Positions 46,708-57,940 of a stretch of 64,000 nucleotides of DNA are shown in pieces (within the stretch, counting starts at the first letter, position 1; the number at the start of each line of letters is the position of its first letter). The stretch is from Histomonas meleagridis 2922-C6/04-290x (lineage: Eukaryota > Protista > Parabasalia). The notes below the pieces were generated by a model, which had not been told where the DNA came from, did not search any database, and saw only the letters and a program-made list of their open reading frames with translations. The stretch is from positions 124,001-188,000 of the forward strand of contig JAANOX010000075.1 in NCBI GenBank assembly GCA_020184695.1. The letters run 5' to 3'. Position numbers and translations under genes: made by a program.

Positions 46708-47409
46708 ATCTTGCAATGGAAAGCCCATTCAAAATCCCCATGCATTTTATCCATACCTTCAATAAACCCACTTTGCATCAAATTGGTAATATATTTTTTG
46801 GTATCAATGGAGCCATCAACAATAACTAACTTACTTTTGAAATTATTTGCAATCACGCCAAACACCATTATCGATTCAGGAAACTTTGTTTCTTCAATCA
46901 CACTATTTTTTGTGAAGTCTCCTTTACGAATCCATACCCATTGATTGTCTTTTCCAAGAACAAATCAGGATTCATCACTGAAAGCGATTTTATCTAAATA
47001 AGTTTCTTGTTCAAGCATTTTTTTACATAATGCCTTCCGATTTTCAATTTGAGCTTCTGATAGTTGTTGTTGGCGTTTTGGGGGCCGAAAATGAAATTTC
47101 ATTTCATTTCGTAGCATCGAAACATATTGATGTGTTATATTGATTCCAAATGATTTTTCGAGTTCACTTGATAACTCAACAGATTAAAGAGATGCATCAA
47201 GTAATGTTTTTACTTCGATGTATTTCTTTATTTGCTCAGTTACTTTGGGTGTTCTTCCCATTTTTCTAGCTGCAGGTATTTGTCCTGTTTGTAAATATTC
47301 ATTTACAACTCTTCCTACTCGGTGGTTACCAACATGAAGAAGATGAACAATTTGATCCTGTGTGTAACCATTTTTATATATATAATTCGATAATTGATCT
47401 TTCAACCAT
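46708..47409 (-). mobile_element. Decayed IS630/Tc1/mariner transposase, truncated at the second catalytic Asp
   Basis: HTH region YTQDQIVHLLHVGNHRVGRVV..GRTPKV; FSDES*F (first D); IMVFGVI; WAF..QD, then a break. Stops at 47184-86 and 46965-67; frameshift in a (TA)n run near 47380. Confidence 0.88.
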
Positions 47410-47581
47410 TAATATTAAACGGCAGCTATTCAAATTTTCTATGAGTTCTCTCAATGGCGAATTATTTGGCAATAATCATTTGTACCAGTTTATTAAAATC
47501 GATTAAATTTTCTCAAGAGTTGAAAATGGGGCGCCCCATAATTCATGATATGAGATAACGGTTTTTTCTAGAATCAAGTTG

Positions 47582-48223
47582 ATGAACCAGCAACAAATTC
47601 CTCAACCAACATCTATCCAGGAACCAATCCTTGATAACTCCGCTCGAATTTCTGTAATTCGTCCAAATGATATAATCCGATTTCTTCGATCAATACAGAA
47701 ATATTCAGTAAAACGAGATAAATTTCCATGGTCCAATGAAGAAGACAGTATGTTAGTAGCTGCTGGTGTTCAGTTTGGTGCAAAAGGATGGGATGAAATT
47801 GCAAAATTTGTTCCAACCAGAAGTGAAACCGAATGCCGCATACGGTGGGGAGAGAAAGCAGATCCAGGAAACATACGTAGAGACCCATTTGAACCCGTTG
47901 AAGATATAATTATTATTGAATCACAGAAGGAGGTTGGCAATCGTTGGACATGTATTGCAAAAAAATTGCCTGGGAGAGATCCTGGTGCTATAAAACATAG
48001 ATGGTACAGTAAGTTGAGGTATTTGGTTGGGGAACAATATCAGATTCCTGTGGTGGCGCCACCAAAGAAAAATAGACCTAGGGGAAATTCTAAAAAGGGT
48101 AATAAAGCTGCTGCTGATCCGAGTACCCAAGAAGTTTCTGGTCAGAGTTTACAAGATGCGCTAAATCCGAATATCCAAGTTTCTGATCAGAATTTACAAG
48201 AATTAGCCAATTTATTCACGTGA
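47582..48223 (+). CDS. R2R3 Myb transcription factor
   Basis: WSNEEDSMLV..GAKGWDEIAKFVPTRSETECRIRW and GNRWTCIAKKLPGRDPGAIKHRWY. Confidence 0.92.
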   Translation: MNQQQIPQPTSIQEPILDNSARISVIRPNDIIRFLRSIQKYSVKRDKFPWSNEEDSMLVAAGVQFGAKGWDEIAKFVPTRSETECRIRWGEKADPGNIRRDPFEPVEDIIIIESQKEVGNRWTCIAKKLPGRDPGAIKHRWYSKLRYLVGEQYQIPVVAPPKKNRPRGNSKKGNKAAADPSTQEVSGQSLQDALNPNIQVSDQNLQELANLFT

Positions 48224-48433
48224 TACTTTATACAGTCTCCTAATCAATGATTATTTAGTAAATATTATAAATTTTTGTTCAAACTTTTTTGACAAACGAT
48301 AGACCTTTCAGAATGACGATAGTGTTTTTCTGTATAAAACGTTTAATGGTAATTGAATTTGTCTATCGTTTGTTCCAAGTTTCTAAATAACACTAGAAAA
48401 GTAATTTTTATTCATGGTAAAAAAAACAAACTT

Positions 48434-50017
48434 TCAGCAGTATGGGAACCCGAAATTTTTTGACTTTTCGATCAAGTCATTCATTGCTTTGCATGAAGAC
48501 TCTTTCTGTTTCAAATTGTCTTCCATTTCCTTTACCAACTTTTCCAACCTTTCCACTGTTTCTTTATTTTTTTCCAATTCGGCCAAAATCATTTTTTTGT
48601 TCAGCGCGTTTAAGTTTGTTTTTTCCACGTCTATTTTGAGGAAAGAACAATTGGGCAACTTTTCGGAAGATTTCATTATCCAATTATCGAACGAAATGAT
48701 ATCATTTAACTTCTCGAAATACATCAATGGCACTTCGACACTTTCGTCATTAATATTAACAACAACGTTTTCATTATTATTAATTCTTAACACATTATAT
48801 TCTTTTCCTTCTTCGATTTTATATTTTTCATTTTGTTGAATACATTTTATCTTTTGTGGTAATACTTTAATTGATGTTGGATCAGGTGAAAATATAAACT
48901 TTTGATAAGTGATTAAATCAGTGAAAATCGTTTGTTCATATTTTTGTTCATTTAACGCTTCGAGTTGATTCGATAACTTTAACATGAAAACACATGGCGC
49001 AAAACATATGCATAAGTTGTTAATCGCCATTTTGTTCTTGTCGGATTTGGTGGATATGAAATATAAACACTGCGTAATCCGGCGAAGAAGTGAAAAATGT
49101 TCTTCGGGAAGCGTTTTAAGGATAACTTTATATAATGGAACGCGAAATGTTGGATCTGGCAAATCAGTTGCACGTCGAAGTGATGCATAGAAGGATGAAG
49201 GAATAAGTGGCTCAGGAAGGTTCCGGAGATAAGTTTTGAGGATAGAAGCAAGGTCATGTGGCGATTGTTGATCGATCAATTGTGAGATGCGTTCTTTGTC
49301 AGTGGGTGGAATGGAGTCGATTTGTGATATAAAATTGTCGATCCCGACTTGGAGACCTGATTTTCGAAAGATTCCTTCGATTTCGCTATAAGATTCAATC
49401 TTAGTAATTATGTCTTCGAAAAGTTGAGGTATCCCTGTGGAATTCTCATCACGTGATATAACATCAATGAGGGGTCGCTTAAATACAGAGATGTTTGCAA
49501 ATGATGTGGGATTTTTGAAATTGCTTCGTCGTAAAAATAGGGTTTTATCTTCAAGAAATTTGACACTGGTTTCCATATCAAGAGCCTCCTTTTCGGAGGA
49601 AAGAACCCACATAGGCCAGCTGAAGAATTCTTCATCATCTTGAATAAATTCTTTTATTGCGAGATTTATCACATCTCTAACTCTTTGATGTTCATCACAC
49701 CTGATGATTTTTTTATATTGCATTGCAGTAACTGTGATGGAGATGATTGAATATGGCATAATCTGAAAAACATTAATTGGCGTCGATTGATATGAATTAA
49801 TATAGTCACATATGCAGAATTTTGGATAAAGCCAACGTTGTTGTGGTAATACATAAATTCCATATTGTGAAGGATCGAGGTCTAAATTTGGGTTTAATTT
49901 TTTTAAACTATTTTGGATGACTTCTGAAACTTTTGTATCTAGTCCGAAAGTGAGGGTAAACGATTTGCAAGAATTCATTGGAAAAGGACATGAAATCTTT
50001 AGTGCACAGACACTCAT
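48434..50017 (-). CDS. RhoGAP with ubiquitin-like/FERM-N-like N-terminal region
   Basis: EGIFRKSG arginine finger, LASILKTYLRNLPEPL and NKMAINNLCICFAPC. Confidence 0.92.
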   Translation of the reverse strand: MSVCALKISCPFPMNSCKSFTLTFGLDTKVSEVIQNSLKKLNPNLDLDPSQYGIYVLPQQRWLYPKFCICDYINSYQSTPINVFQIMPYSIISITVTAMQYKKIIRCDEHQRVRDVINLAIKEFIQDDEEFFSWPMWVLSSEKEALDMETSVKFLEDKTLFLRRSNFKNPTSFANISVFKRPLIDVISRDENSTGIPQLFEDIITKIESYSEIEGIFRKSGLQVGIDNFISQIDSIPPTDKERISQLIDQQSPHDLASILKTYLRNLPEPLIPSSFYASLRRATDLPDPTFRVPLYKVILKTLPEEHFSLLRRITQCLYFISTKSDKNKMAINNLCICFAPCVFMLKLSNQLEALNEQKYEQTIFTDLITYQKFIFSPDPTSIKVLPQKIKCIQQNEKYKIEEGKEYNVLRINNNENVVVNINDESVEVPLMYFEKLNDIISFDNWIMKSSEKLPNCSFLKIDVEKTNLNALNKKMILAELEKNKETVERLEKLVKEMEDNLKQKESSCKAMNDLIEKSKNFGFPYC

Positions 50018-50320
50018 TTTGTTATCGTCTACTCAATTAAATGTAAACTATTCTTTTTAATTCAATCCAGCGCAGTCTTGTAAATAACCGCCGATGATCG
50101 TTTGCATTCATTGCTGTATCTGTCATTTTTTACATATTATCTTGACATCATGATGTACTTTGACAACGCTAACCACAACAAATAAATTGACATTTGTATA
50201 GTCGAGTTTGATATAATAAAGACGTGCTTCTGTGGCAAGTTTTTGGACGATCATAAGTCATTCAAAAATGTTTTCGCGCCACTTATGAAAAGTGCTCGTT
50301 TTAACGTACAATGAAAAAAG

Positions 50321-53236
50321 ATGGAACAAAACATTGGAACTGATTTCTTTACGACAGAACAATCAACAAATATAGTGGATCAAGAGAAAGAACAGCTTAG
50401 AAGTGAAAACCAAAAATTAAGAGAGCAATTTGAAGAAGCACTTAATATCAAAAATGATATCGAAAAAATTAGAAAAGAAAATGTTAACTTAACAGCTAAA
50501 CTTCAGGAAGCAAAAATTGCAAATGAGGATTTACAGCGAAGGTTACAGATTAGTATTAAATCATTCCAAGATAAATTTGAAAAACAGAAAAATAATTTTA
50601 CTTCCCAGATTGAAGGAATCACTAATGAGAAAAATAAATTACAAAGACAACTTGAAGATCAAAAGCATCAATTTCTCGGAAATTCTGAAGAAAAAGAACA
50701 ATATATTAATAATCTAAAAAATCAATTATTATGTCAACAAGCAGAAAATCAAAAGAATCAAGAACGAATCCGTTCGATTTTCGAAAATGCTTCTAATTTT
50801 TTCTCTTCTAAAATTCAAAATGTTGATGAACTCAATCAAAACCTAAAAGACAAACATTTCCAACCTGAAATTGAAAATGAAATTCAAGAATCCAAAAATA
50901 ATAATAAAAAAATTGATAGATTATTAAAAAGACAAATGAAGAGAATACAAAAGAAGAAATCACTATTTAAATCACAACTTATGCAAGCAATAAATAATTT
51001 TAAGCAGCTTCAACAAGAGTTTGAAGAAGAAAAAACAAAGAAAGCTAAGGAAACAGAATTAATGAAATCTCAATATAATAATCAAATACAAAAATTAAAT
51101 GAGCAAATACAAGAATTGGAATATCAAAAAGCAGAACTTGAACTTCAACTTAAATATACAATGAAAAGTGATTCTGATATGAATTCATCAATTAAACAAC
51201 AAGTTGAAAAAGAAATTGTAAAAATAAAAGCATCAAATGAAGAAACAATCAAAAAGCAAAGTCTTCAAATTTCTAAACTTAAACAATATGCAATAAATTT
51301 AAGGCAACAATTAGAATTGCAAAAGAAAACTCATGAAAGTGATGAAAGCGAAATAAAAAATATGAAAAACATAATTAAAAAACATGAAGAAAAGGAATCT
51401 GAAAATCAACGTGAAATCGAATCTTTAGAAAGAAGAAACGAACTTCTTCAAAAAGATAATGAAAATTTACATCAAAATATCTTGAAGAAAATTCCAACTA
51501 AAAATGACTTAAAATCAATTGAAGACGAATATAACAAAAAACAACAAATTGTGGAACAAAAATTACTTATATCACAAAACAAAATTAATCAATTAATATC
51601 AGAAAATAAACAACTTCAACAAAAAATTGAAACAATTAAAAGAGAAAAAGAATCACTTGAAAATAAGAATTTGGAACTTCGAGATCAACTTAGACAACAA
51701 GAAAATAAAGAAAGTGAACCTCAAGTTATTACTGTTACGGATTATAAAGTAGAAAACATTCCTTCTTCTTCATTCATAATATCGAACATTCCTACAAAAT
51801 TATCTAAAAGATTAAAAGAAATTGGAGATAATTCATCATTACAAAACGGATCTAAAATATCATTTGCATTAAGCGAAATGAATGATTTTTATACACAAGA
51901 AATTAACACATTAAACAAGCAAATTAAAAATTTAGAGAATAAACAAAAAATAATTGATACTATTTTAGATAAATTATCAACTTTCCCACAAATTTCAAAA
52001 GAATCAATAATAGATTTTGAAGAGAATCCAAATGAATTGATCGAAGGATTAAATAATATTTTTGAAGTTAATAAAAAATTAAATTCATTAAATCAACAAA
52101 ATGAAATATTAATCAACCAAATACTTAAAAAAATTCAATCACAAAATAAAAATGAAATAATAACTAAAATAAATGAGAAGCAACAAATAATAGAAAAATT
52201 AAATGAAAAACTTAAAGATCTTAAAAAACAAGTTCGTAAAACACAAAGAGAAAATAAATCAAGTAAAGAAAAATCTTTGTCAAAAATAGATTTAATATCA
52301 AATGAACTACAAAGCTCGCAAATCAATTATGAAAAACTCCAAGAAAAAAATCAAAATCTTTTAGATAACATTGAAACATTAAAAGCGAAAAATGAGAAAT
52401 TAATTAAACAATTAAAAGAAGAAAAGATAACAAATAAAACATTACAATTTGAACTTATTAATGAACAAAATAAAACAAAGCAACATGAAGATTTAAACAA
52501 AATCAAAGAAATACAAAATGAAAAAATTGAAAATTTAAATCAAAAAACATTAAAACAAGAAGAACAAATAACAAAATATGAAAAAATTATTAATGTTCTT
52601 AAGATTAAATTATCAGAAAAAGAAAATGAATTTAATGAGCTTAATCAATCATTTCTTGAAGAAAAATCAAATCTCAAGCAACAATATGAAAAAGATAAAA
52701 AGAATTTAATAGATACAAATAATAAAAATGTACAACAATTACAATTAAAATGTAAAAATCTAAATGAAGAAGTAATTGATCTAAATAAATCAATTGAAAA
52801 TCTTACTCAAAAATTAATTCAAGTTAAATCGGAAAAAAATAATATTATAAATCAAACTAAAAAATTACAAAAAGATTTAGTAAATACTAATGAAACATTT
52901 TTAAGGGAAAAAGAATTACTTGAAGTACAACTTAAAACTGATAAAATTAATTGTGAATCAAAAGCAGAAACAATGATTAATGAAATTAAAACAAAGAATC
53001 AATTAATGATTCGACAATTAATTTCATTCTTTATTGATCATTTCAGAGAATTTTTCGATCCTAAGGAAACCATTGATATAAAATTATTCCAAAGTTTAGT
53101 GATTCAAGTTAAAAATGAATTGAATCGTTTAAATAATATGGAAAGTTCAATCAGAAAAATGACAAATGCAAATCCAGATCAATCAATAACTGATATTATT
53201 GCGAAATTAATTTATTCTTCAAATGTGAAACATTAA
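50321..53236 (+). CDS. Large coiled-coil protein
   Basis: 971-aa E/K/Q/N-rich heptad ORF. Confidence 0.8.
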   Translation: MEQNIGTDFFTTEQSTNIVDQEKEQLRSENQKLREQFEEALNIKNDIEKIRKENVNLTAKLQEAKIANEDLQRRLQISIKSFQDKFEKQKNNFTSQIEGITNEKNKLQRQLEDQKHQFLGNSEEKEQYINNLKNQLLCQQAENQKNQERIRSIFENASNFFSSKIQNVDELNQNLKDKHFQPEIENEIQESKNNNKKIDRLLKRQMKRIQKKKSLFKSQLMQAINNFKQLQQEFEEEKTKKAKETELMKSQYNNQIQKLNEQIQELEYQKAELELQLKYTMKSDSDMNSSIKQQVEKEIVKIKASNEETIKKQSLQISKLKQYAINLRQQLELQKKTHESDESEIKNMKNIIKKHEEKESENQREIESLERRNELLQKDNENLHQNILKKIPTKNDLKSIEDEYNKKQQIVEQKLLISQNKINQLISENKQLQQKIETIKREKESLENKNLELRDQLRQQENKESEPQVITVTDYKVENIPSSSFIISNIPTKLSKRLKEIGDNSSLQNGSKISFALSEMNDFYTQEINTLNKQIKNLENKQKIIDTILDKLSTFPQISKESIIDFEENPNELIEGLNNIFEVNKKLNSLNQQNEILINQILKKIQSQNKNEIITKINEKQQIIEKLNEKLKDLKKQVRKTQRENKSSKEKSLSKIDLISNELQSSQINYEKLQEKNQNLLDNIETLKAKNEKLIKQLKEEKITNKTLQFELINEQNKTKQHEDLNKIKEIQNEKIENLNQKTLKQEEQITKYEKIINVLKIKLSEKENEFNELNQSFLEEKSNLKQQYEKDKKNLIDTNNKNVQQLQLKCKNLNEEVIDLNKSIENLTQKLIQVKSEKNNIINQTKKLQKDLVNTNETFLREKELLEVQLKTDKINCESKAETMINEIKTKNQLMIRQLISFFIDHFREFFDPKETIDIKLFQSLVIQVKNELNRLNNMESSIRKMTNANPDQSITDIIAKLIYSSNVKH

Positions 53237-53702
53237 TAGTTGCCTCTTTTTCTTTATTAAATAAATATTATATTTTTGTTAATTTATATTATGTAAATGT
53301 TCTTCTAAAAAAAAAATGTGTGTCTTATTTCGAAATATCCAATGCAGAGCTTGAGGCAACATTAGTATTTTTGTTTTCAAAAAAATCATAATAGAGAGAA
53401 AGAATAATGAAAATTGTTATTGGATGTGAAAGCAAATATTGGTTATTTGGGAATTTTTAAATAAAATATAGGATGATTTTGTTTATTTAACAAGTATTAA
53501 TGTGGAGATTTCAATATTTTATAGAATTAAGTAACCTCTAATGATTGTTTGACAATTTCTTGTTGCATAGAATTGATACAAATAATTCTAACATTAAATA
53601 AGTTTTAATTCCAAAATGTACTATGACTAAAATATAAATAAAGATTTAAGTAAATTCAATATATATATATATATCTATCGATTTTTTTTATTAAAATATC
53701 AT

Positions 53703-54557
53703 TTATTCGATAAGTTTTTGTATAGTTACATTTAAATCTTCTTGTATAATAAGTGAATGATTAGCGATTGGATAGAAAAACTGTGGATCGTTTTGATTAA
53801 TTCTGATTAATCTCCAATTAGGAACTTTATAAACAAGTTCTTCAAAAGGAATTCTAAGAGCACCTGGTGAGTTAAACCCAACACCAAGTTCCAACAGAAC
53901 AAGTTTTTTATTTTCCTGTTCACGTAAAAAGTTTATATAATTTGGATAATTAACAAAATTTGGTTTTTCTACAAATAATTCATCAACTCTTAAATTTGGA
54001 ACTAAAAAATTACCACAATGAGGACAGCGCGGAACATCACTTTCTCGTATAGACATAGATTCATGATTCATATTTTTTAACATTCTTTGAACCATTTCAT
54101 AATTATTAAAAACTTCTTCATGACATGGAATAGAACATTGGAAATTCATATAATCTCCTTGCATTGCAAATATCTTTGTTGTATCAAAACCAGTTTTGTA
54201 AAATTGACCATCAGCATTTGTTGTTGCAACAAAATAATTTTTGTTCTTTACCAAATTATAAAGGTTTTTATAAATTTGTAATCCTTCTGTTTGATATCTA
54301 ACATTGTTGATATGTGTTGCCCAGAATGCATAATATTGAAGATAATTTCGATTATTGACATTCCAAAAATGGCCAATACATTCCCACAATGTTTTGGCTC
54401 CACAGTTGGTATATTCTGGGTAATGAGTTTGAAAATAAATAGGATCTACATAATTGATTCCGCCTGCTGCTGAAAAACCTGAACCGGCACCAATTAAAAC
54501 TCCATCACTTTCCTGGATCAATCTCTTAGCTTCGTGGATCGTTCGATTGATTGACAT
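53703..54557 (-). CDS. Class M sirtuin (SirTM-like, bacterial type)
   Basis: VLIGAGSGFSAAGG, ATTNADGQF, FAMQGDY (Gln in place of the canonical His), QCSIPCH, CPHCG..NLRVD..FVE and LLELGVGFNSP; start at ATG 54557. Confidence 0.85.
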   Translation of the reverse strand: MSINRTIHEAKRLIQESDGVLIGAGSGFSAAGGINYVDPIYFQTHYPEYTNCGAKTLWECIGHFWNVNNRNYLQYYAFWATHINNVRYQTEGLQIYKNLYNLVKNKNYFVATTNADGQFYKTGFDTTKIFAMQGDYMNFQCSIPCHEEVFNNYEMVQRMLKNMNHESMSIRESDVPRCPHCGNFLVPNLRVDELFVEKPNFVNYPNYINFLREQENKKLVLLELGVGFNSPGALRIPFEELVYKVPNWRLIRINQNDPQFFYPIANHSLIIQEDLNVTIQKLIE

Positions 54558-55544
54558 TCCTCCACCAAACAAAAAATGAAGAAAAATTAAACAAAACATA
54601 TATTTGAAACCAAAAATTAAATGCATTGAAAATTTTCGCCCGACCAATCGTTTTCAAAGGAAATTGAAATAATGTTTGAACTAAACGATTAAAATTTATT
54701 TAAAATTTTCAAAGCAATTTTATAAAAGTGGGATGTACCGTCATCGAAAATCCGACAACTAAAATTCATTTCAATTCTATCTTGTTGTAAAATAAATTAG
54801 TAGAGACCATCTTTGTTATTTGTTTAAAATTAATAAGATAATGATGAGATTATATTTATTTTGATATCAGTTTGTTACATTAGTTCGATTTTATTAAATT
54901 GAATTTCTTAAGTATATGTCCCGTTTGGCTTATGACTTCAAAAATAGTTTGTATTTTTGGATTAATTGGAAAAAATTTTCCAATGTATATAGCTATATAC
55001 TTAGCTAATGCTTAAGTAATAAATCACAATACTTAATTTTAAATTTGATAAAAGTGTCAGTACTGACAAAAATCGTTTGACCCTTGGAAACATGCTTTTA
55101 TGATGAGAACTCTCGATTTTATCTCAATTAGTTTGTTTTAAATTTTTTTTTTTTTGTTTGCTCAGCAAACAACGCGAAACTCATTATTGTGAAACTTCAG
55201 ATGGGGCGGTTGTTCAGATTTTATTGCATTCAAAATTCAATTCGTCGTTGTTAATTGTGATAACGCAAACTTTTTGAGCGTTTTTCTCTTAAAAGTTCTT
55301 TTATGATGCTTGGCGGTACCACTTTTTAATTTTTTTTCATTGTTTCAAATTAAATGAGGGAATTTTATGTCACTTTTCAATCAAACATTACGTTTCAGCC
55401 TACTAAACAGCTTCCGATCGCCAAAACAATAAAACATGCATCGATAAAAGTTAAACAAACGAACTGACGGAAAGGCGGCGCGGTTGAATCTTACTGTATC
55501 GTTTTTGACTGATTTATTAGCAAGTTTCCCAAGTTTTCCCGCAA

Positions 55545-57230
55545 ATGTGTTCTTTCTTTTTGGTTTTACCAATGTATTTTCTTTGCACATTACAAATTTA
55601 TCCAAAAAATTCAGATTCAAAGATTTTTAGTGATCAATTATCTATTTCTCAAACTCTCAAACATTCCTTCACTTTAGAATCCAAAGAGCATACACACTTG
55701 TCATTCTCAGCCCATAACGAAGAGATTGCATGCATTAAAGTCACAAATTTTATTATGCTAGAAGCGAATGATCCGAATACATTTAATATCATCGCAGAAG
55801 AATATCATCATCATTACCCTTTATTAGAGTTACCGATATCATATGTTAAACATTATTCCAAATTCTTTTCTTTGGCTTTTAATCATTTTTCAGTAAAATC
55901 TCATTTACCAATTTCAATGAATAATAACTTCATGAAGAAAATGCTCGAATTCAATGAAACTGTTCAAGTTCTAATGTACAACTTTTTTATTTTGGGATTT
56001 TTCTTATTTTATGAAATCAAATTTTTAATAAATAAATTTAAAACGAAGGAAAAGAAAAAACAGAAAAATATTTTAATTTTTGTTATGTTTTTCATGAATT
56101 CTTATCAAATATTTCATGAAGGTAATTCAACACTTTCAATCATAAATTCAAATGAATTTAAAGATATTAACCAATATAAAAATAACACAAAATTTATAAC
56201 AATCAGTGAAAATATTTATGAAATTCCAAGTGGTTCATTTTCAGAATGGCCTTTAGTTGTTTCAGTGAATTTTGGTAACTCAGTATCAAATATTGGAAAT
56301 TCAGTGTTTTCGTCATGTTTTAATTTAGAAATAATTATTTTTGGAGAAAATGTTACAACAATTGGTGAATCAGCATTTTCATCATGTTCATCAATCAAAA
56401 ACATTACAATTCCAAATTCAGTTACAGCAATTGGCAATTCTGCGTTTTCATTATGTTCTAATTTAACGATATTAACACTTGGATATGGAATAAGAGAAAT
56501 TGGAGGTTCAGCATTTGGTAATTGTTATAATCTTCAATGCATTTATTATTATGGAGACAACGAACCAGATGTTAGCGAAAATGCATTTTCTAATGTTTTT
56601 GCAAGTGTTATCACATATTCAACATATAAAAGCAATAAATTTGGAAGTTTAGATGTCGATATTGAAAACACAGAAGGAATATGCGAACCAATTCCAACGC
56701 ATTCATTTAGTCAATCGAATACATTTCCTAATTCGAATACATTTACTGCATCACTTCAAAGTGATATTTCATTATCATTATCATTTTCATATACATTCAC
56801 AGTTACATTATCGATTACACATTCATTAACTATTTATGAAACACAAACGAAAACATTTTCATTATATATAAATAATTCGACATTTTCATATATTGAAACA
56901 GAATTTATTTATTACAGTTATACGATTGTTATATATTCGACTTATTATAATTATTATTCCAATTTCTTTACAATGTTTCATACTTCCGATGAAAATTCAC
57001 CAAATGGAATTACGACAAATGTTTTGATTGGAATTATTTGCGGATCATTTGCATTTGTTTTGATCATTATTGGAATTGTTATATTTTTGGTGAAAAGTAA
57101 TAATAAGAAAGAAAAATCGAAAACAAAGTTACAATTTAAGGACACGACAACATCAAGTACAAAGCAAATCGAAGAAGTAAATAGTTTAGTTGAAGATATT
57201 GTGAAAGAAGATGAAGACAATTGGTTATGA
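55545..57230 (+). CDS. BspA-like TpLRR surface protein, copy 1
   Basis: TpLRR repeats (IKNITIPNSVTAIGNSAFSLC), S/T stalk, C-terminal TM helix and tail ending EDEDNWL. Confidence 0.85.
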   Translation: MCSFFLVLPMYFLCTLQIYPKNSDSKIFSDQLSISQTLKHSFTLESKEHTHLSFSAHNEEIACIKVTNFIMLEANDPNTFNIIAEEYHHHYPLLELPISYVKHYSKFFSLAFNHFSVKSHLPISMNNNFMKKMLEFNETVQVLMYNFFILGFFLFYEIKFLINKFKTKEKKKQKNILIFVMFFMNSYQIFHEGNSTLSIINSNEFKDINQYKNNTKFITISENIYEIPSGSFSEWPLVVSVNFGNSVSNIGNSVFSSCFNLEIIIFGENVTTIGESAFSSCSSIKNITIPNSVTAIGNSAFSLCSNLTILTLGYGIREIGGSAFGNCYNLQCIYYYGDNEPDVSENAFSNVFASVITYSTYKSNKFGSLDVDIENTEGICEPIPTHSFSQSNTFPNSNTFTASLQSDISLSLSFSYTFTVTLSITHSLTIYETQTKTFSLYINNSTFSYIETEFIYYSYTIVIYSTYYNYYSNFFTMFHTSDENSPNGITTNVLIGIICGSFAFVLIIIGIVIFLVKSNNKKEKSKTKLQFKDTTTSSTKQIEEVNSLVEDIVKEDEDNWL

Positions 57231-57940
57231 ATAAAATGTGTAATAATAAAATTTTTTAAATTTATTTTTTTATACAAATATAAAATTATTTTGTTGGTAT
57301 GTAAAATAAAATGAAATCATATTAACGATATTATCATTTTGACTTTTTAATGTTTTCATATATTTTATAAGAAATTTCGAAAATAAATATGTATAACTAT
57401 TATTACTGAATGTAAATATAACAAGTTATAAAATGTTTAATCAATAATTTTAAATCATGATCACATTTACATTAAATGTTGGATCTTTTTGAATGAGCTT
57501 TACTTGAATTCATTATTCTAATACCAAAAAAATATTATTTATAATTAAAGATACGCTGAAAATGATTTTATACATAAAGAGCTCCTCAAATAATATAATG
57601 AACTCTAACAACAGAAAATGACAGAATTACCAATTGCCTTAAAAAAGAATTAATTTTATGATGATGAAAGCATTATAAACACATGAAAAGCATACCAAAT
57701 CAAAGCACAAATCCTATTCTATAACATATATTCATTGTGTTATTTAAAAGTGTATTCATAATGTTTTAAAGCTGTTTCTTTGATTGTCACTTTAAAATAT
57801 TGATTTAAATGTTCCGAAGTTGATTTGGAAACCCCCCAATTAAACGACAGGTTTTTTAATGTTTAACCGTGAGATTTTAAACTTTTGTGAAAGCCGATGT
57901 ATATTTAGCGAAGGTTCTTAGATATATTGCAAGCTGAAAC

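Noticed and set aside
50285-50314. In-frame upstream ORF ending in TGA two codons before the coiled-coil ATG
   Set aside because: Nine codons only; readily explained by chance
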